From the NCBI GenBank assembly GCA_905214545.1, contig CAJMMO010000003.1:124090-188089 (forward strand): 64,000 nucleotides of DNA. The letters run 5' to 3'. Under the pieces are notes generated by a model. It saw nothing but the letters and a program-made list of their open reading frames with translations. It did no database searches and was not told the origin of the DNA. The translations under genes and the position numbers were made by a program. Source of the stretch: an uncultured bacterium (GTDB lineage Bacteria; Bacillota; Bacilli; Lactobacillales; Lactobacillaceae). Positions 50,860 through 60,614 of the stretch are shown in pieces (positions within the stretch are counted from its first letter, which is position 1; the number at the start of each line of letters is the position of its first letter).

Positions 50860-52704
50860 CTAATCCTTTTTGCGCTTGCCGCCAAGGCCTAAGAGAAGTC
50901 CTGCTGCAGCAACTGCGAGGCCGAGCAGGCCGGCTTGTCTGTTGCTGGTTTGCGGCAATTGAGCTGCAGTAGCTGCTGGTTGTACTGGCGCAGCGGTCTG
51001 TTTAGTGACTGGTGCTTGAGCAGGAGCCGCCGGTGCTGCTGGCGCTTCTGGAGTAGCTGGTGTTTCCGGAATTTCTGGTGTTTCTGGAACATCTGGCGTA
51101 GACGGGGTTGCTGGTACCACCGGTACTGCAGGAATCACTGGACTGTCTGGCACGTCTGGAGTCTTAGGCGGCTCAACGGGAATTACTGCATCTTTAGTGT
51201 AAGTAACAGTGGTTTTAATGTCCTTGTCATTCGGAGTAACTGTCGCGCCCTTGACCGTAGCTTTATCTGGGGTGTAGCCTGCCACTTCTGGCGACTCTAC
51301 ATCAGCAAAGCTTTGGCTTTCAGCATTCCAAGTAATCTTGCCAGTCTTCTTGTCCTTGGTGCCGCTGAAAGTAATAGTTTGAACTTGGACCGCTGGTGCC
51401 TTGCTGCCGTCGCTCATGACGTAATGAACAGTGTTGGTAATGGTCTTAGTTACAGATTCTGTGTCTGGCTCAAGCTTAGGTGCATCAGGATTACGCTTCA
51501 AATGGACGTAGAAGATTTGAGTAGTGTCATCGTCTGTGTCGAAGGTAAAAATACCAAATTTGGTATCAGTGGGGTCTTGGACATATTTCTGCTTAAGGAA
51601 ACCGTTAAGGACACCCTGAATTTCTGTCCGATAATCGACGGTTTGAGCAGATGTGCCGTTGAGTTCTTCCTCTTTCAGCACTTTATTGTTATCATCCACA
51701 TCAACATATTTCACTATAGCCTTTTGTGGATCAGGTGAATAGGTTACTTTAATCTCAACGCGACTACGTACATCCATAAATCCTTCACTAAAGTCGTCAG
51801 GAACATAGATATCCTTTTTTTCCAATGTCGTCAGATCAGGAGTATAGCCGCGCTTCGACGGGATTGTTATTTCAGAAAGCCATGCATATGTTGCAGTCTG
51901 ATCCACTTGGTAATTTGTCACTGACTTATGGGTAACGCCGTCAATCTGTTTGTTCACAACGACATTTATCGTATTAAAGGGGTTCGTCTTCGTAGAATCG
52001 TAAACAGCATCTACTTGATTGCCTTTATTATATGCATCACCACCGTATACGAACTCAACATGCAGGGGCACGAATATCGTAGTTGTTTGCTTGGAGATCT
52101 GGTGTTTTAAATGGATTTCATAGGTCTGGTTTTCAGTAGGAAATGGCGGCAATTGAATGTGTTGATCTGCGGTGTAATCCCTATGATTATTTGTACGTTC
52201 GTCGTTCAAAAAATCGTTAAGGTTAAATGGAACGGGCGTACCAGGCTCACCATTATAGGTATGAGTCCACACTAATTTGCCATTATCATCATAATCAATT
52301 AAATTGATCGTGAAATCTACTTTTTTAATCGCATCAGCAGTATTAGCAGCCGCCGTTGTGTGATCCTCAGCACCAGCTGAGAGAGTACTACCCGTTAACT
52401 CATTATTATCGGTTCTGTTTGTGACCGGCTGCTTCCCTGCATCATTTTTTACGGTGCTCTGCTGATCAGCACTATGCCCGCTCACAGTATCATTCGACGA
52501 TGACTGCTTATTATCTTGAACAGCAACTACTTTCTCAGCAGAATCGTCCGCACTAGCTTGGACCTTAGTCCCAGTCCCCACCAAAACAAAGCCGCCAATT
52601 GCAGCCGAAACCAGAAGCCCAGAAGCAAGCTTGCGCAAGCCATAACGCCAGCGCACTTCTCTGCAGCCTTCATTTATCTTGCTGATGTTATTTTTGCTAT
52701 TCAT
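50860..52704 (-). CDS. YSIRK/mucin-binding surface protein (LPQTS anchor), tandem paralog
   Basis: YGLRKLASG, FVPLHVE, HYVMSDGSK, SP.V.GYTPDK, LPQTSN. Confidence 0.9.
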   Translation of the reverse strand: MNSKNNISKINEGCREVRWRYGLRKLASGLLVSAAIGGFVLVGTGTKVQASADDSAEKVVAVQDNKQSSSNDTVSGHSADQQSTVKNDAGKQPVTNRTDNNELTGSTLSAGAEDHTTAAANTADAIKKVDFTINLIDYDDNGKLVWTHTYNGEPGTPVPFNLNDFLNDERTNNHRDYTADQHIQLPPFPTENQTYEIHLKHQISKQTTTIFVPLHVEFVYGGDAYNKGNQVDAVYDSTKTNPFNTINVVVNKQIDGVTHKSVTNYQVDQTATYAWLSEITIPSKRGYTPDLTTLEKKDIYVPDDFSEGFMDVRSRVEIKVTYSPDPQKAIVKYVDVDDNNKVLKEEELNGTSAQTVDYRTEIQGVLNGFLKQKYVQDPTDTKFGIFTFDTDDDTTQIFYVHLKRNPDAPKLEPDTESVTKTITNTVHYVMSDGSKAPAVQVQTITFSGTKDKKTGKITWNAESQSFADVESPEVAGYTPDKATVKGATVTPNDKDIKTTVTYTKDAVIPVEPPKTPDVPDSPVIPAVPVVPATPSTPDVPETPEIPETPATPEAPAAPAAPAQAPVTKQTAAPVQPAATAAQLPQTSNRQAGLLGLAVAAAGLLLGLGGKRKKD

Positions 52705-52874
52705 GTCCAGTCACTTCCGATGATGTTATACAAGTTGTGAAGTTAGTCAAATAATTGTGTCATTCGTTATTTAAATTATAGTGTATTCCACCCCATTACA
52801 CCACCTTAATTCACAAAAATAGGCAAAGAAAAAGTGTACCAATACAAGTTGGTACACTTTTTTCTTCTCTCTTT

Positions 52875-53225
52875 TTAATTAATTAAAACGCGGATCGCCT
52901 GCGCAACGTTGTAAATCAAGCTGCCCATAGCAACCAGCGCCGTAATCGCCATCAAAGCGATACTGAGCCAGCCCCAAGTCAGCGGCGACGACCCCGCCGC
53001 AAAGGCCCCGCTAACGCCCAGTGCTACCAAGCAAACCAGCCCAAACAGCACCGGCAGCAGCTGGCTCCAAAAAGCCCGCTTAGCATGCCACTTGATGTAA
53101 GGCTTATCCGACCCCACAATCCACACAATCAGCGGAAAAATGACCGGCAAAAAGAAGTAGCTGAAATATGAAACCGCAGCCAAAATCTTTTGCGAAGTGC
53201 TTGCTTGCTCTTGAAAATCACTCAT
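52875..53225 (-). CDS. DUF4870-like membrane protein
   Basis: LAA.SY.S.FF.P.IFPL.VW, HAKRA. Confidence 0.75.
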   Translation of the reverse strand: MSDFQEQASTSQKILAAVSYFSYFFLPVIFPLIVWIVGSDKPYIKWHAKRAFWSQLLPVLFGLVCLVALGVSGAFAAGSSPLTWGWLSIALMAITALVAMGSLIYNVAQAIRVLIN

Positions 53226-53242
53226 GATTACTATCTCCTACT

Positions 53243-55054
53243 CTAGTCTTTCTGCAAGACGATATTTTCGTACAACTTCACAGTAATTAAATAATAAACC
53301 ATATAGAGTACTAAAAAGATAGTGAAAGGAATCCAAATCTTGTCATAAGGGTTCGGCAGCAAGGACTTGAAAAATTGCAGGCCGAACAACACGTCGATGA
53401 TGCCTAAAACGGCAGGCAGCGCAAACAGCGTCCCAATCTCGCTTCTAATTGAGGACTTGAGCAATCTGGTCTGCGTCCCCATCTTCCACAGCATCTTGTA
53501 GCGCGGGCTGTCGCTGGCCGCCCCGCTCAAGACCTTGAACATCAAAGTCGAAGCCAGCATGGCCAAAAAGGCAATCCCTAAGAAAAAGCCCATGAATTCA
53601 AAGCCCGACGCCATCGTCGAAATGAAGCGGTAACTTGCCGTCTTGGTGTTGTTCGCCAAAATGTCAGTAGATACCCCAGCATCCTTACCCTTAATCACCG
53701 AGTGGATGCTTGCGTTTTGCAGCTTCTCCAGCTGGGTAAAGTTCTTCCGGAAGTCGTTCACCATTAACAGTCGGCTCTGGTATTCCTTGCCGCCCAGCTT
53801 GTCATAGTCTTGCTTTGACACAATCTTAGCTTCTGAGGTTGCAAACTGCGTCAAGTCTGCCAGCTGCACCCTGCTGTACTCAGTGTTCGTGATCGGCTTC
53901 GTGCGCCAGTCCTGTTGGCCATTGTTTAAAAAGAATTCCTGGTACTTGAACCGGCCGTTTGCAACCTCATCTTTGTTGAAGTAGACATACTTGCCCTTTT
54001 GCCCAACCTTGTAGTGCAGGTCCTTTTCGGATTTCACAGAAACCTTTTTCAACTGTTTATCAACAGCCGGCGTCTTCTTGTAGATGATCAGGTCGTAGTA
54101 AGTCGACTTCAGCGTGTTGTCCGCCAGGTTGTTGAAGTTCAGCCCCACCGTGATCGCACCTAAAGCAAGGGCAAACAGCAAGGAAACTACCGTCAAGATT
54201 CTGGTGTAGTCGCCCAAGCGGAACTTCAGCTGGCCTAAAGTGAAGGAGTGCAGCTTCTTGTATTTGAAGCTGGTGTTTTTTCTCAACAGGTTGACAATGC
54301 CTGTGAAAAACGAGTCGAAGATGAAAAATGAACCGCTGACAATGGTGAAAAAGCCGATGATGATCGAGTTCGTCATCAAGGTCTTGTAGTTCCACATTGC
54401 CCAGTAGCCCGCTGCCACCAAGGCAATACCCAAGACGGCCTCAATGGCCTTCCAGGCCTTGCGGCTGCGCAGCTTGACCGGCTTTTGGTCTTCGTGCAGC
54501 AGATTGATCAGGTTCGTGTTGACCAGCTTGTGCCGGTTCCAGAGCGCTGCCAGCAAGAACAAGGCTGCAAAAAAGACAATTGTCCACAGCATCGCCGGCA
54601 CGTAAAAGCCCAAGAACTTGTGGATCTGCAGGCCCATCTGCGAGATCAGCAGCTGGGAGACCAGCTGGGTCAAGCCGATACCCAGCACGATGCCCAAAAC
54701 AGAGGCCAGCAGGCCGACCACCAAGGTTTCCGTGAAGATCAGGCGGCCGATCTTGCTGTTGCGGGCCCCCAGCATCATGTAGGTGCCGTAGTCCTTTTTC
54801 CTCATGCTCAGCAAAAAACTGTTGGCGTAGACGATGTAGACCAAAGTGATAATGGCTAACAGCGCGATCCCGAAGCCGAAGACGACCTTCGTGATCGAAA
54901 AGGCAATCACCAAGGCGCCCTTTAAAAAGGCCGGGTTGATCGCAATGGTCATAAACATGTAGAAGATAGCACTGGCTAAAGTCAGGCCGGAGAACAGGAC
55001 CGCGTAATCACGGAAGCGGCTCTTAATCCCCGTTAAAGAAAGTTTCCACAACAT
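53243..55054 (-). CDS. ABC exporter permease (BceB/YxdM-like FtsX family)
   Basis: Y.N.FLL..RKK.YG.Y..LG, F.G.FLG..F...LAS. Confidence 0.9.
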   Translation of the reverse strand: MLWKLSLTGIKSRFRDYAVLFSGLTLASAIFYMFMTIAINPAFLKGALVIAFSITKVVFGFGIALLAIITLVYIVYANSFLLSMRKKDYGTYMMLGARNSKIGRLIFTETLVVGLLASVLGIVLGIGLTQLVSQLLISQMGLQIHKFLGFYVPAMLWTIVFFAALFLLAALWNRHKLVNTNLINLLHEDQKPVKLRSRKAWKAIEAVLGIALVAAGYWAMWNYKTLMTNSIIIGFFTIVSGSFFIFDSFFTGIVNLLRKNTSFKYKKLHSFTLGQLKFRLGDYTRILTVVSLLFALALGAITVGLNFNNLADNTLKSTYYDLIIYKKTPAVDKQLKKVSVKSEKDLHYKVGQKGKYVYFNKDEVANGRFKYQEFFLNNGQQDWRTKPITNTEYSRVQLADLTQFATSEAKIVSKQDYDKLGGKEYQSRLLMVNDFRKNFTQLEKLQNASIHSVIKGKDAGVSTDILANNTKTASYRFISTMASGFEFMGFFLGIAFLAMLASTLMFKVLSGAASDSPRYKMLWKMGTQTRLLKSSIRSEIGTLFALPAVLGIIDVLFGLQFFKSLLPNPYDKIWIPFTIFLVLYMVYYLITVKLYENIVLQKD

Positions 55055-55069
55055 AGTTCGTTCTCCTTT

Positions 55070-55816
55070 TTAACGCCGACCCAGTTCAGCGATGATTTCC
55101 TGGTAGAATTCTTTATTCGTCTTGTTTTCCTTCTTCAGCTCCTTGCCGATGCGGCCGTCCTTGATGAAGAGGATGCGCTGGGCGTAAGAAGCAGAAAACG
55201 GGTCGTGGGTTACCATCAAGATCGAGACTTGGTCTTTTTGGTTCAAGTCGGCCATGGTCTCCAGCAGTTCAGTAGCAGACTTGGAGTCCAGCGCCCCGGT
55301 CGGCTCATCCCCGTACAGGATGGCCGGGTTGTGGACCAGCGCCCGGGCTGCGGCCACTCTTTGTTTTTGCCCGCCGGAAACTTCTGCCGGGTACTTGTCT
55401 AAGATCTGGCCGATGCCTAAGCGGTTAGCGATCTTATCGACTTTGTCGTCGATCTCCTTGGCCTTCACGTTTTGCAGGGACAGCGGCAGCGCAATGTTTT
55501 CGCGGTTGGTTAAATTTTCCAGCAAGTTGAAGTCCTGGAAGATGAAGCCGATCTCGCGGCCGCGGAAGTCAGCCATCTCGTTTTTCTTCAAGGCGGTGAT
55601 GTCTTGGTTGTTGACGAAGACGTTGCCGCTAGTCGGCTGGTCCAAGGTGGACAAGATGTTTAAAAGCGTGGTCTTGCCGGAACCGGACGCGCCCATGATG
55701 CCGACGAACTCGCCTTTTTCCACAGAGAAATCGACGCCCTTTAAGGCCTGGTATTGTTTTTCGTTTTTCTTGCCGTAAGTCTTGGTGACTTGCTCAACTT
55801 TCAAGATTTCAGTCAT
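55070..55816 (-). CDS. ABC transporter ATP-binding protein (BceA/LolD-like)
   Basis: GASGSGKT, SGGQKQR, DEPTGALD, VTHD. Confidence 0.95.
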   Translation of the reverse strand: MTEILKVEQVTKTYGKKNEKQYQALKGVDFSVEKGEFVGIMGASGSGKTTLLNILSTLDQPTSGNVFVNNQDITALKKNEMADFRGREIGFIFQDFNLLENLTNRENIALPLSLQNVKAKEIDDKVDKIANRLGIGQILDKYPAEVSGGQKQRVAAARALVHNPAILYGDEPTGALDSKSATELLETMADLNQKDQVSILMVTHDPFSASYAQRILFIKDGRIGKELKKENKTNKEFYQEIIAELGRR

Positions 55817-55836
55817 CGTTTTGCTCCCTTAAGTCA

Positions 55837-55862
55837 TACTGTATTATGTGTATAATACAGTA
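55837..55862. promoter_or_regulatory. Palindromic operator (GntR/YtrA-like) upstream of the ABC operon
   Basis: TACTGTATTAT-GTGT-ATAATACAGTA. Confidence 0.6.
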
Positions 55863-55953
55863 CAATGCTAAGGGGAAGTTGTCAATTCTTTTTCCAAAAT
55901 AAAAAAGCGCACCAGCTCAAAAAGAACTAGTGCGCTTTTATTCTTTAAAGATA

Positions 55954-56376
55954 TTATTTTTGCCAGGCCATCAAATACTCGGCAGCATTCGTGTCTCTAT
56001 CTAAGTCTTTGCCAAAGCGGACAAAGCCTTCACGCTTGTAAAATTCTACGGCGCGCTCGTTTTGTTCGTAGACATGAAGTTTTAAGCTTTCATGCAGGCT
56101 CTTAGCCTGGTCTAGCAGCTGCTTGCCGATGCCTTGCGCGCGGCTGTTTTTCTCGACAAAAAGGCCGGCGACGTAGTTGTCAACAAGGCCGATAAAACCG
56201 GCCACCTTGCCGTCTTTTTCAAAGACAAAGACGTCGGCTTGCGGCAGCTGGGCAGCCACCGCGTCAAAGTGGTCGCGCCAGTAGGCCTTGGGGATAAAGG
56301 GGTGGGCTTCAATGTTGCCTGCCAGCCAGATCTGCATCACTTGCGGCAGGTCCTTTTTTTGCAATTTGCGAATCAT
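55954..56376 (-). CDS. GNAT acetyltransferase (YiaC-like)
   Basis: IW...N..AH.FI...YW, GLFV, GIGKQLL, L.VY..N..A..FY. Confidence 0.9.
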   Translation of the reverse strand: MIRKLQKKDLPQVMQIWLAGNIEAHPFIPKAYWRDHFDAVAAQLPQADVFVFEKDGKVAGFIGLVDNYVAGLFVEKNSRAQGIGKQLLDQAKSLHESLKLHVYEQNERAVEFYKREGFVRFGKDLDRDTNAAEYLMAWQK

Positions 56377-56483
56377 TACTCTTCAATCCAGGGGTCTTTT
56401 TTCGGCTTGTGGTAGCCGAATTCGTCGATTTCAATTTCTTCTGCCGGCAAGTCTTTGCGCGTTGGCCATTTTTTCTTAGTCAT
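56376..56483 (-). CDS. Small 35-aa protein MTKKKWPTRKDLPAEEIEIDEFGYHKPKKDPWIEE
   Basis: GAAAGGA RBS; its TAA overlaps the GNAT ATG (TAATG). Confidence 0.55.
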   Translation of the reverse strand: MTKKKWPTRKDLPAEEIEIDEFGYHKPKKDPWIEE

Positions 56484-56509
56484 TGCTTTTTCCTTTCAAG
56501 TAATGGCTG

Positions 56510-56986
56510 TTAAGTAAGGTCACAGGTTAAAACGACCATGTCTTGTAAAAGCAGGCCGCCTTCATGGATGGGCTGGTCGTAGTTATTCACAAAAAAGTCC
56601 CTTTTTACATCGGTAATCCGAAAGCCCATTTTCTGATAAAGGTAGAGCTGTTTAAAACTCGTACTCCCGGTGCCGATCTGCAGCTCGGGGTAGTCGCGCT
56701 CTTTGGCGTAGTCGATTGCGAATTGCAGCAGCTGGGTTGCAAAGCCGCGGTTTTCAAATTCGGGCGCAGTGGCGATGTTTTTGATCTCCAAGGTAGCCGG
56801 CGTGGTCTCTTGCAACACCATGATGGCGACGAGCTGGTCGTCGCGGCGGATCTCAAAGGTCTTGCCTGCCTGCAGGTATTTTTGGATCATGTTTTGGCTG
56901 GGGTCTGCCCGCAAGAGCAGTTGCCAGTGCTCGGCAGTCACATCCCCAACGCGGGTAATTTCAAATTGTTTAGTCGTGTTTTGCAA
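56510..56986 (-). CDS. GNAT acetyltransferase
   Basis: LLL.ADPS, EIKNIA, IGTG..S..QL.LYQK.GFR. Confidence 0.9.
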   Translation of the reverse strand: MQNTTKQFEITRVGDVTAEHWQLLLRADPSQNMIQKYLQAGKTFEIRRDDQLVAIMVLQETTPATLEIKNIATAPEFENRGFATQLLQFAIDYAKERDYPELQIGTGSTSFKQLYLYQKMGFRITDVKRDFFVNNYDQPIHEGGLLLQDMVVLTCDLT

Positions 56987-57221
56987 ATGCGATCACCTAT
57001 TTAAATTGTTTCTTTTTATTATACTGGACCCCGGAAACCGCTTCCTTAATTTTGCCTGGCAGGACACAAAAAAAGGCCCCATCTACGATGATGAGGCGCT
57101 TGGTGCTGCTATGGCAGCCAACTGGGAAAACAAGCGGCAATTGCTGACAGTTTCTAAATAAAAAAGGATCCTAGTTTTAGACTAGGATCTTTTTTGTTTC
57201 AAGTTAACTTAAAACTTTTTC

Positions 57222-58409
57222 TTATTCCAATAACCAATCGATGACATTTTTTTGAGAGATACCATTATCGTCGTAATTGCCAGGATCCTGCGTTAACAAG
57301 ATTTTAGCGTAATTATCACGGATCTCTAAAAATGGTGCGATTTCTCTTTCGTAGGTCTTGCTGTCCTGTACCGTCAAACTGACTTGATAGTATTCTTTGC
57401 GGCCATCATGAATTGCCACAAAGTCTACCTCTTTTGCTCCCAAGGTTCCGACGTAGACTTCATATCCCCGCCGCTTCAATTCCAAGTAGACAATGCTTTC
57501 CAACCGGCTGCCCATGTTAGGCCGTTTCTGGCCGAGCAAGGCCCGTCTCAAAGCCGGATCTACCGCGTAATATTTACTATTCAGCTGTAAATATTTTTTA
57601 CCAGCAATATCGTAGCGATCGCATTTATAAAAAAGATAGGCGTTGATCAGCTTTTCTAAATAAGAAACTACGGTTGTTGGCGAAGTTTTCAAATTGTTCG
57701 CCGTCAAGGTATTGGCAATTTTCGTCGGGTTGATCAGATTGCCATTTGTTTCAGTTAAAAAGGCAGCGATTGCTTGCAGCAAGGTGGCATTGCCGCGTTC
57801 GGTGCGCGCCAAAATATCTTTCACCAAAACGGTATTAATAATGCCTTGGATATAGGAAAGGTATGTGTTGTCATCCGTTAATTCAGTGGCAAATGGGAAA
57901 CCGCCCCGGTCTAAGAAGCGGGCAAAGGCCTCCTGTTTGCTTAATGCAGGCACGGTTTGGATGTATTCCTTAAATGAGTACGGGTAAACCGGTATTTCGA
58001 TATATCTGCCCGCTAAAAGAGTTGCCAGTTCGCCAGACAGCATGAATGCATTGGAACCAGTGATATATAGATCGACATTTTTCTTGATAAATAGACTATC
58101 GATAGCTTTTTCAAAATGAGGGATGTCTTGAATTTCATCGAGAAAAACATAGTTCATTTTATCGGGAACCAGCTGACTATTAATGTGAGCAAACAGATCT
58201 AGATAGTTTTTGATCTCAGCCAGGCCTAAATCTTCAAAATTCAGATTCTGAATTTGCTCCTGCTCGACGCCCTCTCTCAGCAGCTTTTCTTGAAATAGCT
58301 GCAGGATCGTCGATTTGCCGGATCTGCGCACGCCTGTCAAAACTTTTATGATTTGCTTATCACGCAACTTTTCTAATTGATCTAAATAAGTTGGTCTAGG
58401 TATCATCAT
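57222..58409 (-). CDS. AAA ATPase with DUF4143 C-terminal domain
   Basis: GVRRSGKS, FLDEIQ, ITGSN, LAGR, GGFP, KYY..D, E..VY.EL, EVDF, YYQV. Confidence 0.9.
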   Translation of the reverse strand: MMIPRPTYLDQLEKLRDKQIIKVLTGVRRSGKSTILQLFQEKLLREGVEQEQIQNLNFEDLGLAEIKNYLDLFAHINSQLVPDKMNYVFLDEIQDIPHFEKAIDSLFIKKNVDLYITGSNAFMLSGELATLLAGRYIEIPVYPYSFKEYIQTVPALSKQEAFARFLDRGGFPFATELTDDNTYLSYIQGIINTVLVKDILARTERGNATLLQAIAAFLTETNGNLINPTKIANTLTANNLKTSPTTVVSYLEKLINAYLFYKCDRYDIAGKKYLQLNSKYYAVDPALRRALLGQKRPNMGSRLESIVYLELKRRGYEVYVGTLGAKEVDFVAIHDGRKEYYQVSLTVQDSKTYEREIAPFLEIRDNYAKILLTQDPGNYDDNGISQKNVIDWLLE

Positions 58410-58432
58410 GAATTCCCCTAAGCAATATTAAA

Positions 58433-58525
58433 TTAACTTAAATCTTATATGTATTATAGCATCTATTTTAAGTTAACTTAAATCTCATATGGATCTAGCT
58501 GTCTATTTGAAGTTAACTTAAATCT
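58433..58525. repeat. Three TTAACTTAAATCT repeats at 40-bp period upstream of the ATPase
   Basis: 58433, 58473, 58513; further AAGTTAACTTAAA at 57201. Confidence 0.8.
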
Positions 58526-58636
58526 TTTCCAATAATATCTAAGCAAAAAAGACCAGGCATTAATGCCTGGTCTTTTTTTACTTGCGCGGGCTTAACCCAT
58601 TCACTAGCAAGTTAACTGCGTTATCTGCTTCTTCAT

Positions 58637-58933
58637 TTTAGGCCTTGCAGTCTTACTTTGTGGCCATGATAAACTACAAGCAGGCCGGACTTGACGAGTT
58701 GCTTCCTGATAGTTCGGCTCAGCAGTTAACGTGGCTACCCACCCCTCAAACATTTTGAGCTACGGAGGTGGACGCTATGTTGATCAGGAACAGACTGGGG
58801 GGAAAATAAAAAAGCTAGCCAAAACGGCTAGCTTATCCAACAGTCACTTGAGCTGCGATTGAGGGTAACGAGGTACCGCTAGTTGCCCTCTTTTCATCTG
58901 AAATGATATCTAATCTCAGCTTATTTTTCAATA
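58637..58933. other. Type I TA-like sense/antisense module, copy 1
   Basis: Plus: TG-A-TAAACT, GGAGGTG, ORF 58777-58809. Minus: TTGAAA-17-TATCAT promoter and GCTAGCC hairpin with T-tract. Confidence 0.55.
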
Positions 58934-58940
58934 CGGGCCA

Positions 58941-59257
58941 TTTAGGCCTTGCGGTCTTACTTTGTGGCCATGATAGACTACAAGCAGGCCGGCCTCGACG
59001 AGTTGCTTCCTGAGAGGACGGCTTAGTGAGACGGACATGGTCGCTCACCCCTCAATAATTCCGGATTACGCGAGGTGATGACTATGTTAACTTGGATAGA
59101 AACGAGGATTCGGCATGACAGCCGCGGTAATAAAAAAGCTAGCCGAAACGGCTAGCTCATCCTCGATCATTCCAGATCACGCTTGAGGGTAACAAGTGGC
59201 CGCTCGTTGCCCTCTTTTCATCTGAAATGATATCTAATCTAGACTAATTTTTCAATA
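58941..59257. other. Type I TA-like sense/antisense module, copy 2
   Basis: Diverged direct repeat of copy 1; ORF 59084-59155; minus promoter 59255-59227. Confidence 0.55.
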
Positions 59258-59267
59258 TGGGCGGCCT

Positions 59268-60464
59268 TTACTTCATTTCTGAATTTTGCGGATATTTCAT
59301 CTCAGTCCAGCCGCCAAATTCCTTGTGCAGGGCCGCAATGTTCTCAGAGCCTGGCAAGGCAACGCCTGGCTTTGGGCTGGAGAAGTTTGCAATCATCCCC
59401 TGCGTCATGTGGTTTGCTTTAGCCTGCTCCACAGTGATTGCACTGACGACTTCGCTATCTTTACCAGCCAAAATCTTTTCAGCAAACAGCGGGTCAATGA
59501 TGTTCGCACGGCCCACAGCAACCAGGTCGCTCAATTTCAAGGCAGCCTCAGCCTTTTCTTTATCCGTGACACCGCCGACGATGATTTCCTTAGCACCGTT
59601 CAAAACTGGTTTAAAAAGCTCAGCAAAGGTCTTGTCAGAGTCGGCAGGCTTTTGGTCAAAGCTTGGCATGGACAAGTGGACATAATCCAAAGGATAGTTC
59701 TTGGTGATTTCGTCGATCAGCTTGGTTGACTCGTGCCAAGTATAACCAACGTTGTCGCCATTAATTTCTTCCGGGCTGATCCTGTAGCCCACGATGAAGT
59801 CTTGCGGCGCATCTTTTTTAACTTCGTTCATGACGGAGTCGACGACCGCCAGCGGGAAGTTCATGCGCTTTTCTGCCGAGCCGCCCCAGTGGTCAGTCCG
59901 GTGGTTTGAGTAAGCAGAGACAAACTGCTGAATCAAGTAGTGGTTGGCCCCGTGGATCTCCACGCCGTCAAAGCCGGCCTCGATTGCCCGCTTTGCGGCC
60001 TTGCCAAAGTCGGCCACGATGTCTTCAACTTGCTCAGAGCTGAATTCATGCACCTTGTATGGCAAAAACGGGAAATCCAGTGTCGACGGGGCGTAGACTT
60101 TTTTGCCCTGCATGGCCCGGTAGTTGGCCTCCCGGCCCGTGTGCGCGATCTGCATGATGGCCTTGTTGCCGGAGTGTTTGATAGCCGCTGCGACCTTTTT
60201 TAATTGGGGCAAGAAGCGGTCGTCGTAGACGGCAAGCTGCTCGCGGCCGCGCTTCCCGGTCAGGGCTGGGCCGCCATTTTCGCTGACGTACATGTACTCG
60301 GTGATGACCATGCCGCCGGACTTTGAGTGGGCGTTGTAATAATCAATTGTGTCTTGGGTGGCGTAACCATCTTCACCGCTGTTAGTCAGCATTGGTGATT
60401 GGACGAAGCGGTTGGCAACCGTGGCGCCATGCCGAAAAGTTAAGGGATCACTTAATTGAGTCAT
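59268..60464 (-). CDS. NADH:flavin oxidoreductase (old yellow enzyme family)
   Basis: NRFV.SPM, QIAHTGR, AGFDGVEIHGAN.YL, N.RTD.WGG, VGRA. Confidence 0.95.
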   Translation of the reverse strand: MTQLSDPLTFRHGATVANRFVQSPMLTNSGEDGYATQDTIDYYNAHSKSGGMVITEYMYVSENGGPALTGKRGREQLAVYDDRFLPQLKKVAAAIKHSGNKAIMQIAHTGREANYRAMQGKKVYAPSTLDFPFLPYKVHEFSSEQVEDIVADFGKAAKRAIEAGFDGVEIHGANHYLIQQFVSAYSNHRTDHWGGSAEKRMNFPLAVVDSVMNEVKKDAPQDFIVGYRISPEEINGDNVGYTWHESTKLIDEITKNYPLDYVHLSMPSFDQKPADSDKTFAELFKPVLNGAKEIIVGGVTDKEKAEAALKLSDLVAVGRANIIDPLFAEKILAGKDSEVVSAITVEQAKANHMTQGMIANFSSPKPGVALPGSENIAALHKEFGGWTEMKYPQNSEMK

Positions 60465-60537
60465 AATTAGCCTCCTCATTTTTACAATTGCTTGTGTACG
60501 TAACCATTTTAACATGCTAACAATTTGTAAGTAAAAT

Positions 60538-60578
60538 AAAAAAGGTGTCCTAGTTTTCAACAATTAGGACACCTTTTT
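60538..60578. repeat. 41-bp hairpin, directly repeated at 62310-62350
   Basis: AAAAAAGGTGT(C/A)CTAGTTTTCAACAATTAG(G/T)ACACCTTTTT. Confidence 0.8.
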
Positions 60579-60614
60579 AAATTATGCCGTTATTGGCAAA
60601 GATCTATGCAGCAC

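Noticed and set aside
58433..58525. Mini-CRISPR or plasmid iterons
   Set aside because: The intervening sequences resemble each other, there are only three units, and there is no cas or rep gene.
58833..59048. 71-aa minus-strand ORF in the ORF track
   Set aside because: It spans the junction of two repeat copies, is not preserved in both, and has no clear RBS.
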